A stretch of 64,000 nucleotides of DNA from the human T2T-CHM13v2.0 reference genome, Homo sapiens: the NCBI RefSeq assembly GCF_009914755.1, contig NC_060930.1. One strand, 5' to 3'. Positions 1-13,391 of the stretch are shown piece after piece. Below the pieces are notes generated by a model. That model was not told the DNA's origin. It saw only the letters and a program-made list of their open reading frames with translations, and did not search any database. The position numbers and the translations under genes are program-made. Position 1 is the stretch's first letter. The number at the start of each line of letters is the position of its first letter.

Positions 1-39
1 ATCCACAGTGGTGAAAAATCTGAATCCATAAGCGTTTAG
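1..39 (+). CDS. ZKSCAN8: C-terminal end of a SCAN/KRAB C2H2 zinc-finger protein (partial: IHSGEKSESISV*)
   Basis: Frame 1 reads the finger-terminal His and linker (IHSGEK), then SESISV and TAG at 37-39. The symbol rests on the recalled C-terminus and the downstream gene order. Confidence 0.75.
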   Translation: MHSGEKSESISV

Positions 40-2964
40 GAACAACATCAGTTAGAGTTTGAGCATTATTCAGCATTAGGGAAACCACACACTGGTGAGA
101 GGTCTTTCAGTGTACTAAAAGGCAGAAAGGTCATCACAACTTTAGTGTCAGAATCTATAGTGGTGGCAAAGTTAGGATAGCTCTTTAGTAATTTGGGCCC
201 AGTGCCTTGGTGAAGGTTGATTAGCTTGACTGTCTTTGAAAGTATCTGATGGAGCTCCTGATGACCTAATGTATCCTTTAGAAATTTAAAATAGCATTAG
301 AGCAAGTTGCTTGTCATGGCTTGAAGAGCTTAACTTTGTCTTTTGGGTGAGTAGCTATAGGTTTGAGAGAGGCTGGCTACTCCTAGTTCCTGTGCTTCTT
401 CCCATCTCCTGTGATCCCCCTCTCCCATTTATTCCCTTGAAGGTGCCCTTGTATTCCTAATCTGATCTAAGAAGCTGCTGTAGAGTCAGAAGTAGCTTCT
501 GTGTGAAACTTATATTTGTATGTAGCTTTCTAGGAAAATTTTACAGACACTTAAAGTATTTATGCTTAAGTGTGCATTTTTTTATTCTAATATTCCTTCT
601 AGTCAGTGGAAATTTGTATTCCCATACAAACTCAGAATGCTATATTTTTAACAGCACTCCAGCATTTTTCTTCATGTATCACCTTCACTGACTCCATTGA
701 GTCATTGAGCATCTGTACATATCCTTCACCACCCCCAGTCCCAGCACCTGTGTCAGTAAAGAAAGTGGACACATTAGTAATGGTTATGGGAGTAATACAG
801 AGAAAGAGGTGAGTGGAGACTCAGCCCAGCTGCTCTTGAGCTTGGATAGTTATACATTTTGGTGACTTCTGACTCTCCTTCCACCTCCCCACTGTACACT
901 GTGGTACAGATAGTTGGCACTATCCTAGTTATGGCATCAGGTAGGAGAAGGAGACGAAGATGCTTTAGGAAGATAAAAACCTTACAAAGAATGTATACTC
1001 ATCTTTTTTGGCCCATTACAATACTGCTTTCTCAGGTTCTTAACAGCCTGTGCAAACTCCCTGACTAGATGGTCTGTCACTCCTATCATTACCTTGCACC
1101 CATCTCTTTAGATGGCCTCAGCACCTCACTCGTTATTCTCCATCTGTTTCTTGCCATTAGTTTATATGACTTTAATATCCACAGTGGTAATCTAATACCT
1201 TACCTCACAGGTTTTCATTCTTTTGAACTCTGGTGCACTCCATCTGTAATCCATGTCTATAATCTACCAACAAAGATGTACTCTTAAACTCAGTATCACC
1301 AGGCACTATATTTCATCTTTGAGGCTTTTGTTATACCAAGGAATACTATATAAAGTAATGAGACTGGTTTAAAGTAACATGCCAGAACTTACGCATCCAA
1401 TGTGGGTTGTCACTTGTTATTCCCAAGTACTATTATTCCATACTACTATATTCTTCCAAATATTTGGAACACTCTTAGAATTCCCATTTAATAAACCATA
1501 TGAGAAAACCCTCTATTACTCTTACACTTTAGTTTTACCATTTGAGTAGCCACTTATTCACCAGAGTTGGAATTGAGAAATTTTGGGCTTTCCAAAATTA
1601 ACCTTTAAACTTAAAATTGATTACATTGAGCCTATTCAGAAAAAAAATTATATAGGTTCTGATGAAAGCTTCATAATTTCACCCTGTGACTATCCTGAAA
1701 AGAAATAATAATCATTTTATGATTGATGGGCCAAAAAAAGCAATCAAAGTCTTACGTCATAGAGGACCACCTTTTGGATCATAAATTCTTTCCCTATAAC
1801 ATTCCTTCTCTGCCTCTCTATGGCCCACTTTGACCACTAACAACATCAGAATTATCTACATCAATTTCATTGAGCCATTGGTGAATGAAGACACCCATCA
1901 CTTGTCATGTTGGTTTCCAACAGTCCTTTCGATTATCCTTTATTTTCTTATCCTCCCTTCTCTTGTTTCTTTTATTTATAAGTTACCATTCCTAGTTTCT
2001 TTGTACTTGAAATTTTAAGAAACCAGAAACAAGTAAATCTGGTTGTATCTAGATCTTTGCTCTGTGTTTCAGTTGTGCCTTACCCTCTGTAAGATACTGA
2101 TTCTTCCTGGGGCCAGTATTACCTTGTATGCAAATATTACATATGATGGGTGCATTGTCAGAGGGAAAATATATGTGTATGTACACATGTGTATGTACAC
2201 ACACACACACACCTGCCATACACTTTAGAAGAACGCTTCTCTTCTATTCCAATAAAAAGTCCTTTTAGCAATGCAACATATTAACAAAATTGGGTGCATT
2301 CAGGGTGGTATGGCCATAGACCAGAGCAACACATTGAAATGTATACAGATGTACTAGCTAAAGTCTCTTTATGTGTCAGTATTAAGAGTAATATGTAGCC
2401 AGATTACTTAAATCTCAGAATTACTAAGCATGTGGCATAAATTTGGAGAAAATAATATGACTAGAAAAATTAGTGTTATATTGGGTGTGAGAAAAGACTG
2501 TGTCTTGAAAGAATTATCAAAGCTGATACAGCACATATACAGAATTAGCCAAATGGTATAAGACAATAGAAAAAGGCTGTGGATTCTTTGAGGACATCAC
2601 TAGAAATCATTCTTTGTCTCAAGTTCACACTCTTAGCATAGAATATTATTGACTAGGCTGTATGACATTTTGAGCTCTTAACTGTGAATGGCATTCATTA
2701 AGCTCCTTTATCCTATAGATTCTATCTTTATGTTCATCTGAAATGAACTATTCATCAGTACTTTCTCCTCCCATCCTAAGCTTCTCATTTTAGGAACTGA
2801 CATGATAAGGTGGTTCTTTCATAACTCTAATGCCATCCAACATAGCCCTGGGAGAGGCATGTTAGGTTTCAGAGATTTTCTCCATGGAGCAAGGTGCAGT
2901 GCTAGAATATGGTGGTTGATTCCCAAACAGAGCAGTTAACTTTACTCTTGGTTCTGAGTCTCCA

Positions 2965-3550
2965 AATAATAATAGCCGACGTTTATTGAGCACTTACTAT
3001 GTGCCCAACCCTGTTATGCCTTTCTCAGGCTCATGATAAATGTATTAGTCTGTTCTCATGCTGCTATTAAAGACATACCTGACACTGGGTAATTTATAAA
3101 GGAAAGAGGTTTAATGGACTCAGTTCCACATGGCTGGGGACGCCTCACAATCATGGTGGAAGGCAAGGAGGAGCAAATCATGTCTTATACATGGATGGCA
3201 GCAGGCAAAGAGAGAACTTGTGCAGGGGAACTCTTTATAAAACCGTCCGATCTTGTGAGACTTATTCACTATCACAAGAACAGCACAGGAAAGTTCTGCC
3301 CCCGTGATTCAATTACCTCCCACTTGGTCCCACCCACGACACGTGGGAATTGTGGGAGCTACAATTCAAGATGAGATTTGGATGGGACACAGCCAAACCA
3401 TATCAATAGGTATTATTTTATCCCCCATTTTATAAATGAGGAAACGGAGGCTTAGTTGAGTGAGCTGACCAATATCACCCAGCCAGTATGTGATAAAACT
3501 GATTCTGACCCACACAGTTTGATTCTAGAGCCTGTTCTGACTACTGTGCT
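2965..3550 (-). mobile_element. MIR SINE split by a THE1 LTR
   Basis: 'gtttattgagcacttactatgtgcc' before the LTR and 'tcccccattttataaatgaggaaacggaggcttag' after it match the antisense MIR core. Confidence 0.7.
3041..3405 (-). mobile_element. THE1 (ERVL-MaLR) solo LTR
   Basis: tgtattagtctgttctcatgctgct...caaaccatatca termini, plus the THE1-type 'ggatggcagcaggcaaagagaga' segment. Confidence 0.9.
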
Positions 3551-4784
3551 AAGGTGTGTATAATGAACATGGTAATTCTAACCAGCTTTTTAAAAATATG
3601 TAGCGCTTGTCATGAGAGGTACTGGGGAAAAGAATGTGCAGTAGAGTGCAAATACATTACAATTACTGGAAAATTGGTGGAAAATGCTTTTTGGGGTTAC
3701 AATTATATCATTTTTAAGTGTTGATGCTTTGTAGTACTACAAAGCTAAATTGTGCAAACAAAACATATTTAACAGAGTAATTGGGAGGATAAAGCAATAA
3801 TAAATTCAAATATATTTTTCTCCAAACTGCCAAAGGGAAAGTAGAATTGTGGAGGGAAATGAAATATCCATGTACCAGGCCAGGCAGATGGTCAGTTAGG
3901 ATGACAATAGTAAGTTCATCTACAGCATAAAATGTGAAATGCTTTCATCCTCATTGCCCATTTCCAACTACCATTCTGTTTCTCCTCTATTGTTCATGGT
4001 TTTTCAAACATATCTTTGATTTTTCAACCCCCCTTTTTCATTAATCTGTTCTTAAAACTTCTTTTTACTGGCTTTCATACTTAGCATTCCAGTGAAATGT
4101 TCTTAGACTCACCAGTGGACAAATAATAAGGCCTTTTTTTATTATTATTTCTTGTCTTTTTTGATCTAATTTATATTTTATATTGTTGAATTCTCCCTCC
4201 TTTGGCTTGTGGGATCCTTTTTCTCTAATATCTGTCTTTCTTTTTTTAGTTGATCTTTCCACCCACTCCCCTTTCTCCTCTTCTCCACTGAGAATAATCT
4301 CCCTGTCTTTTATTCACTTCATTTTCTATACTCCTATTTATCCATTTTGATTGTTTATACCTACTATTTGTATTCGAATGACTTCATTTTTCCCACCCTG
4401 TGGGTCAGTTTGTGACTTTTGGAATTTTCCACAGGTACCTGTACAACTTGATATTTGAAAACAGGATTCATCACCATATATCCCCAGCCCCCGTTTTCTT
4501 TTTAAACAGGCCTCATTGCGTAATTCCTTTGCCCTGAAAAGTGTCACCACCTTTATATTTTTACCCCAGCCTTGGAGTTATCTTTTTCTGCTCTCCATTC
4601 TCCATGTCCAAAAACTTGCTGTCAGTCCAGTTTTTAATCAGTTTTCTCCTTGAGGCTTGATCTCCCATTTCTCTCATCCCATTATAGCTTTTCATGTAGA
4701 TCTGAGGCCCAGGTTACTGTAATTCTTTTTTTTCCAATTTCCTTGCTCCCAGGATCCCCATCTTGTATAAAGTTTCTAAGGTGC

Positions 4785-4946
4785 TCCTCCTCAAACTCCA
4801 TTTTTACAATATCCGTATTGTAAAATTTTCATTTTCAGTAACACCCAGTAGATAATTTTTCAAAGACGATCCTCCTCAAACACCCATTTTTACAATATCT
4901 CTATTGTAAAATTTCATTTTCACTAAGTAACACCCAGTAGATAATT
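4785..4946. repeat. Two-copy ~75 bp direct duplication, each copy with a perfect 10-bp hairpin
   Basis: 4785-4857 and 4870-4946 align; both contain TTTTACAATA-N4-TATTGTAAAA. Confidence 0.9.
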
Positions 4947-5229
4947 CCTATGGAGCAGTGGTGTTCCAAATTCTCCATTACCTCTATGCCTAATATTCAT
5001 CAGCCTTCATTACTCTCTAGCATATTCACCTTGATTCAACAGATTCAAACTTCCTACAGCCTTCTACTGATGTCTTACAAGCTCTTGCCTCTGTGCCTTT
5101 CTCATGCTATTCTTTTTGCTTAGATTGCTCTTTGGTCCCAGCTCATGTTCATCACTCCCTTCAAAGCCTTTCTTCCTTTATATCTTCTGACTGAGCTCTC
5201 CCTGATTGACATCACCTCATGCGATGACC

Positions 5230-5480
5230 TCCCTCATTCTGTGCTGCCTCAGCACTTATCTTTTGAGTTTGTACTGTGGTCCATGTACTTACTAATATGT
5301 TGCTTTGTAATTATTTTCTAGCACTCTGTGTTACAGTTTCATATTTGTATTTATTTCCAAAATTAAATTGTAAGCTCCTTGAGGGCAGGAATAATAACTT
5401 TTACATTTGTATCTCTGCACCCCCGAGTGCCTAGTATAGTGCTGAGCACATAGTAGGCGTTTAATAAATGCTTGTTGAAG
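5230..5480 (+). mobile_element. L2 LINE 3' end
   Basis: 'gtaagctccttgagggcagg...gtgcctagtatagtgctgagcacatagtaggcgtttaataaatgcttgttgaa' matches the L2 terminus. Confidence 0.8.
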
Positions 5481-5505
5481 TATTGTGTGGATTATTTGTG
5501 GTGGT
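5463..5505 (+). terminator. Candidate distal polyadenylation signal of the upstream zinc-finger gene
   Basis: AATAAA at 5463-5468 followed by a GU-rich tract (gtattgtgtggattatttgtggtggt). Confidence 0.55.
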
Positions 5506-5786
5506 ATCTACAGAAATTTTTAAGCTGTTTTCAAGAATGTCTCTTACCACTTTGGGTGCTCAAAAATGTACAGACCTATTTTCGTATGCTAGCATAGTAT
5601 ATCAGGATCTGCCTCTACCTAAGAGTAAGGCCAAAAAAAATTCATCTTTAGGAAATTATGTGTGAAAAGCTGAAGCTCTCCATTTGGTCAGCCTTATTGG
5701 TCCAGAAAGAAAATAAGCACTAAAGACTATTGTGTGAAGGTTATAATTCCAAAAGTGCTTGAGAATAGGCTTTTGTATATGAGATT

Positions 5787-6023
5787 AGTGGTTCTCTTTG
5801 GGAGAAATTTGGCAATGTTTGGGGACATTTTTGGTCATACCATTGGTGGGCAGCTGGGATGCTATTGGCATCTAGTAGGTAGAGGCTGGGGATGCTGCTA
5901 AGCATCATGTTTGCACAGGACAGCACCTCACCCCCCCGCATCGCCCCGCCCCTGCCCCTGTCCCCGCCCCACAACAAAGAATGATCTGGCCCAAAATCCT
6001 TAATGCTGAGGTTGTGAGACTTG
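5787..6023. mobile_element. MER20 (hAT-Charlie) with a GC-rich expansion
   Basis: 'ttggcaatgtttggggacattttt', 'gctattggcatctagtaggtagaggc' and 'cacaacaaagaatgatctggcccaaaat' match MER20. Confidence 0.85.
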
Positions 6024-6699
6024 ATATATTTAAGGTAAATAGGAGAAAGAGATACGAAGTACTGGCAATACAATTAGAAAAATTAGCTATGCCAAGCCTT
6101 AAGAGAATCCTGTGTGTGTGCATATTTTGTGGTTTTTAAGACTATAAAAGAAAAAGAAGACTTAATGTTTGGCATTCACAGCAACATATGTCAGGGTGTT
6201 GATAAACAATAAAGTTGATGATGTTTTAAGGTTGCTTTCAGCATCAGATCTGCCATCATCCCTATGCCAAGTGTTTCAGCATACAAGTGTTACAGAAGTA
6301 CAAGTCTAGTTTTAGTCTTCCATATCTTGGTTCATTATAGCATCAAAGGTAAAATACTGGGGGCTGTCTCTTTAACAGAGGGGCTATAACATCAAAGATT
6401 TAGCCTTAAGGACAACATATGACCCTCAGTCCCTTGGACAGCCTCTAGGCAGGAATTACCAGCATGCCAAGGAAACCACAAGCCAGAATATTGTCAGAGT
6501 TTGTCAAGTAAAACCATTCCAGTTTTATTTGTTTTTAACGTAGTTTTTAACATACTGTGTTAATCCTATTTAGGAAGGCAAATATGTAGGAGGAAATGTG
6601 ATTTCCTAAATTAAATCGTTAAAAAGCAGGCCTTTAGAAGCACTAGCTTGCTTTTGCAGCAGGGGTACTTAATTCAGCAGGTTTAGAAAGGTTCAACCC

Positions 6700-6956
6700 C
6701 TGGGTGCAGTGGCTTATGCTTATAATCCCAGCACTTTGGTAGGCCAAGGCAGAAGGATTGCTTAAGGCCAGGAGTTCAAGAGCAGCCTGAGCAACAGCAA
6801 GACTGTCTCTACAAAAAAAACTTAAAAAATAAAAAAGTTAATCGGGTGTGGTGGGATGCATCTGTAGTCCCAGCTACTCAAAAGGATATGGTGGGAGGAT
6901 CCCTTGAGCCCTTGCAGTGAGCTATGATTATGCCACTGGGCGACAGAGGTCTCAAA
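6700..6956 (+). mobile_element. Alu (J-type, with internal deletions)
   Basis: Both Alu arms present; flanking aaaggttcaaccc / aaaagttcaaccc target-site duplication (TSD). Confidence 0.85.
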
Positions 6957-7629
6957 AGTTCAACCCAAGTTAGAAAATCAGTTTAAATGTGTAATATACC
7001 AAAGAAATAACTGCTTGCTCTGTCATATTTAAATATTCATAGTTTAGAATGCTAGGTTTAGTGTTCCAATCCATTATTCTGTAAATGGAGGCTCAAAGAG
7101 GCCACTTGGTTAGGTTTCCTGGGGCTTTGCCCATTTCTTTTCTCCCCTAGTTATGCCCTCAGGTGTGACCCTTGTATATTCTTAATTCATGCTCTGCCAT
7201 AAGATGGATTCAAACTTTGTGCCTCCACCTGTAATGATTCATTTTAGGAATTACTCCTTTTATCATCTTTATATCCAAACCAGTATATTTACTGACTACA
7301 GTGCTTTGAGTTAAGTTCTTTCATAAATAATTGAATAGCCGGAGAAATTTTGCAGTATCGCAGTCATGTTTTGAAAATATTGTTCTTGGTTCTTGTCTCT
7401 AATCTTTGAGAAAGCACACAGGATATAGTGTGTTGGCTTTCAGATCACTAATAATTAAGACCAGAGTTCTGTGGCCCCGTGTGTCGCTTTAAGGGATCCT
7501 GTAGGGCCCACACGAGAAATTTCACCAACTGCACTATCTTTAAATTCCAACATACACGGGTGGTCCTGCCCTGGATAAAACTCAGGAAGCAAAATCAACC
7601 TTCGAGAGAGGTGAGGTAGGAAGTCTGAG

Positions 7630-7970
7630 CATTGCCGACGGGCCGGAGCAAATCGCTCCCGGGCTAGACCCTGCCTACACCGCGGCGGGGACAGGTGGAG
7701 GTTTCAACCCCTGTTTGGCAACCTCGGGCGCAGCCAGGCCCCGCCCAGAAATTTCCGGGACACGCCCCGGAAGTACTGAGAGGGACTTCCGCCCCGAGGC
7801 GAGGCCTCGGAGCTGGTTGCTGCTCACAGGCAGAGAAACGCTGGTATGCATTTGGGTGTCGCTTGGGTGGATGTTGCACAGCTGCAACCCCTCAGACCTC
7901 GTCTCTCCGCGCCTGCCTGGGTGGAATGTGTGCAGGAACTCCAGGAGAGGCAACCCCTCCTGGGACGGTG
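7630..7970 (+). promoter_or_regulatory. CpG-island promoter and first exon of the ZKSCAN8P1-like pseudogene
   Basis: CpG-dense; GC box at 7739-7746; ETS/GABP-type CCGGAAGT at 7767-7774 and ACTTCCG at 7785-7791; candidate donor ctg|gtatgc at 7843/7844. Confidence 0.75.
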
Positions 7971-8746
7971 GGGATTGTATCCAAATGCAGTCTTCCAGGA
8001 AAGGGTTTTTCCTCGAGATTTAGTGCCGCAGGGGCCCAGAGTTGGGACTACTTCCCTTTCAGTTACAACCCTGGTTTTTACTGCCGTCTTCAGAGCTTCA
8101 TTGAGTGCCAACTACAAGTGTGCTTCTGGTACCAATTGGTATCACTGCCCACCAGATCTTCAGCTCTCTTTTTCAAACAAAAGGGGGAAAATGCAAATAA
8201 TTGGAAATAAATGTTCGGTGCTCTAAATTCAGGAGAGGCTTCTTCCACCACTTAATTGTGCCCGTGACATTTCATTTCGAATGCAGAATTTATTTTCTCT
8301 CTACTTCAGCTTGGCAATAAATGGCTACCCTTCCCTTTAGCAGTCACTTCCATCCACGCCAGGACCACCTTACAGCAACCTTAATGCTGTTCTCTCATGA
8401 GCCCTTCCACTATCCCAAGCAGTGCTTAAAGGCAACGGGGAAGATTACCACTGCAGACCTGCTGCCCCAGCATGTGATCTGAGAGCCCTTTGCAAATTAG
8501 CTCCTTATTTAACATTGCACTTCTTTCCCCCCATAACCCTTAGTAGTATAACACCTATGGCAATCTTTGCTTTTTCTTTGAGTAAAATGTTTCTTTTACA
8601 GAAGTGTTCCTGAAAACTCGTCAATTACAGGAAAAGCTGCATGACTGCATCTTTAGAGGAGATGGTTTCGCTGGTTCCAAGGATTCTGTTAATGAGAAAA
8701 CTCCACAGGCCAGCATTCTGTAAGCTGGCTCCAGCAGCCCAGTTGA

Positions 8747-8889
8747 CAGTGGCTGAGGCCAGTTCCTGATCATCCTGAGGAACACCAGGTCTGGGAGAGG
8801 GAGCAGCACTGGCCAGGGGAGGGAGGATTTTCCTTGGGCAAGTGGCTAAGCTGGATGATTTCAAGGAATTGAGTGAATCCAGACAGCAG
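8747..8889 (+). pseudogene. Fossil SCAN-domain exon 1
   Basis: Across frameshifts it reads QWLRP / QFLIIL / EEHQVWEREQH / VAKLDDFKELSESRQQ, then cag|gtgggg. This matches the SCAN consensus QWLRP...EQFLTILPEELQAWVREHH...LEDLERELDEPRQQ|V. Confidence 0.75.
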
Positions 8890-9626
8890 GTGGGGAGAGA
8901 GATTACCATCTTACAACTTTTGATCTCTTAGGGATTCTTCCCTTTTTTTCCCCTACTTTTTAAGCACGTAAGTCAGAAGCCACACTACCTGTGATTTTGG
9001 CCAAGTCATTTTATCTTTCTGTGCCTATATGTCATCTGTCAATGGGGATAATAAAAGCACCTGTCTAGAGTTGTTATGAGGATTACATGAACAGTACCTG
9101 CTACATAGGAAGTGCTATCCAGGTATTTGTTGTAATTATTTCTTACTTTGCTTACCTCCCTGGAATTAGCCTGTTCTGCTGATTTATTCATTTCCACAGC
9201 GATTCTTTGATAAATTCATGTGTTTAATTTTTTTCTGGCCCCAGCTGTTGGATACAGTCAGGAAATAGGCAAGAAATGCCAGCTCCGGAAGCAGAGGGAG
9301 AATAAGATAGTTATTCTCTAGTGCCACCCAGGAATATGCCACTGAAGTGTTAATGACAGACTCTTCCCTCTACAGGAGAGTTGTGCTAAACTTTGATGTT
9401 TTGTGGTCTTCTGGGGATTCTGGAAGTAAGGGACCTGAGGTGACTTAACAACAACTGCTGTATGACAGGATCAGGATAAGTGAGTTGTGAATGCTTAGCA
9501 GAGTCTGATTAAGTTCAGAGTGAAGCTGGAGCAGGAGAGAATCCAGCTCTGACCTGCCGTTTACACTTTTTTTTATCGTTCAGGAACTTCATCTTGGCTG
9601 CCAGTTTTCAGAAATAGAAATTGTAA

Positions 9627-10061
<435 letters not shown>

Positions 10062-10530
10062 AGGAGGAGGGCCTTTCTATTCTGAGGTTATAAAGGACTC
10101 ACCTCATGTTTTCCTCTGGTACTTTTATGGTTTTATTTATAACATGTAAAACTGGTTTATTTGGAATATATCCTAGTTTATAGAGTAAGGTAGAAATCTA
10201 ATTTACCATCTTTCCAGATGGTTATCCAGTTCTCACCATGCATTTGAAGAGTTCACTTTTTTTTTTTTTTTTTAACTCATTTGCTACCTTTATCATATGC
10301 TAAATTTATGTGTCTATTTCTGGGCCTTCTGTTCTGTACCATTATCATGAGTACTACACACTTTAAGTATTAAGGCTTTATAATAAGTAAGTTCTTTAGG
10401 ACAAGTGCCCTTCTTCCTCAGTTTCCCCAGGTAGTCCTGCATGTTTAGTCTTCTAGGTGAACATTAAAATCTTCTAAAAAGTTTCTATTTTCATGAGAAT
10501 AGTGTTGAATTTACAAATTAATTTGGAGAT
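10062..10530 (-). mobile_element. Old L1 ORF2 fragment
   Basis: T-rich antisense L1-like sequence ('ttccagatggttatccagttctc', 'gtgtctatttctgggccttctgttctg'). Confidence 0.65.
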
Positions 10531-11624
10531 TACTGGCTGAATACTACCCTGAGAAGCTGTAAAGTGGCTTAATCTGGGAAGCAAGCCCTAGATTGAAATT
10601 TCATCTTGGCTGTTTTAACAGGTGCCTGACCTCGGAAAATTTATTTGCTTCTCAGTTTTTATATATATGAGAGGAGGACTTTAACGTCTGCCCTGTAGGA
10701 TTAAATGAGATAAAAAGCATAAAATGCCTTCTTGGGAGTAAGCAATCCTTTCTTCACATGGTCCATTCTAGTCAACTCACAAATCCCTGAGAGGGAAGCC
10801 TCCAGGATCCTAGAGTAGATGACCAGATGCCCAGGCGCAGGATCCACGGAAGTCAAAGTCAAGCTTTCTAGGCCGACAGCTGTCCTCAGTCGCTTGGTCA
10901 GATAGTCTAATCTCAGTTTTTCAGGTGAGTTCCCTCTTGACTTTCTTCTAGAGTTTTGCGTGTGCCCTGGAGTGGACACCCTCGGAGGATGGGAGAAACT
11001 ATGTACTGCGCCAGGTCGCCTCAGGCCTGCCTTTTCCCTCCATCCTTTCCCACCCCTCCCCTCTTCCACCCACTTTCTCACACTCCTCCTCTTTTCTCTT
11101 TCCTCCCTTTTCCTCCCTCTTCATCATCCTCCCTCTTATTTTTCTTTCCCTTCACTACCCCATCTCCTGCCTGGCCCTTCTGCACTGGCAGAGTAGACCC
11201 TCAGAAACCCTGGGAGGGAGGATGGCTGGGACAGGCTGATGTCTTGAGTCCTGTCCTTGGCTGTCTCTGAGGCTCTTAAGACTCCTAATTACAGGAGTGA
11301 CTCCGACTTGCTTTTCTGACAGGGCTAAATTTCCGAGAGTGGGGTGCAGGAATGGAGACCTTATTTTCTCTTGGTCCTGGATCCTCAGTTCTGCTTTGTG
11401 TTGGTTTTTGTTGTTGATATTGTTGTTTGTTCATTTTGTAGAATATCGTTCAATTGGGATTTAACTGTTTTTGTCATTATTATACTGAGGTTATATGTTC
11501 TGGGGAGGAAGACCACAGAGGTGAAGTGCCATTCTCATTATATCAAGGGTACACACTGTTAACTTATAACTGTCAAGACATAAAACAATTTGTAAGGTGG
11601 AAAAAGGCAGAGAGGGGTAATTAG

Positions 11625-11960
11625 TGTAATTTGAGTTGGGAGCAAAAATTTTATCAAGTTTAGACACAAAACTGGGTTTGTTCCCAAGAAAGTAGCAGCC
11701 ATCCCTTTTCTTAGGAGAGGTGAGGGGTTTATTCTGTCACAGTTCCAGCAGAGACAAAGGATCCTTGTTGCTGAGATACTGTTTATCATAGCAACAACAG
11801 CTGCAGAAATAGTAGTGGCATAGCAATGAACAGAGCTTTTTTGGTCCCCGTGTCTCTCTTCCATCTCAAATAGTATGGACTTCTGTGGGCAGTAAAACAT
11901 ACCTGTTAATGGTGTTATTGTCATTTTTCCAAACTTCTTATCAGTTGAATTTGTTTCTGT
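11625..11960 (-). mobile_element. Possible LTR fragment, family undetermined
   Basis: The minus strand has AATAAA-ccc and ends ...aattaCA; composition is LTR-like. Confidence 0.3.
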
Positions 11961-12157
11961 TGCCATTTCTATTCCCATACTCCTTCATCTGCTCTATCTG
12001 CAAATCTCTTGCGTTTCTGTCTTGTTTTCCAATTTAATTAAATATGATTCGCATTTAAAAGTAGGAACTATATATTATTTTTATATTCATTTATATTCCG
12101 GATTGTATATGTATGTTTTAGATGACTTTATAGAGGATATTTTATTTATTCATTTAT

Positions 12158-12300
12158 ATTTTTTGAGACAGGATCTTGCTCTGTTGCCCAGGTTGGAGTG
12201 CAGTGGCATGATCATAGCTCACTGCAGCTTCAATCTCCCAGACTCAAGTGATCCTTCTGCCTTTGCCTCCCAAGTAGCTGGGATGATAGGCGTGTGCCAT
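12158..12300 (-). mobile_element. Alu right-arm fragment (J-type)
   Basis: Antisense Alu right monomer. Confidence 0.85.
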
Positions 12301-12491
12301 GAAGATATATTTAAATAGCCGTTTGAGTCAGATATTCATTCCAACAGTTACTTGATGTTATTGAGACATGATACAGGCTGAGTGAAAACATTTTATGTGA
12401 GTGCCATATGATTGGTTTGTCCTGGGATTACTGAATGTGTTTGAGAGCTCTAGTCTGTATCATATTATATTGCTTTAGCAACAGGGAATAA

Positions 12492-13391
<900 letters not shown>

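Noticed and set aside
8041-8060. ZNF143/SBS-like 'ggactacttccc'
   Set aside because: Spacing does not match the ACTACAnnTCCCA motif; too weak to call.
7664-8226. Several overlapping ORFs (up to 171 aa) at the CpG island
   Set aside because: GC-rich, stop-poor promoter sequence with no recognisable domain.
11030-11165. Polypyrimidine tract and Pro/Ser/Phe-rich ORFs
   Set aside because: Low-complexity sequence with no clear mirror symmetry or coding signal.
11559-11978. 139-aa minus-strand ORF
   Set aside because: No domain recognised; overlaps LTR-like sequence.
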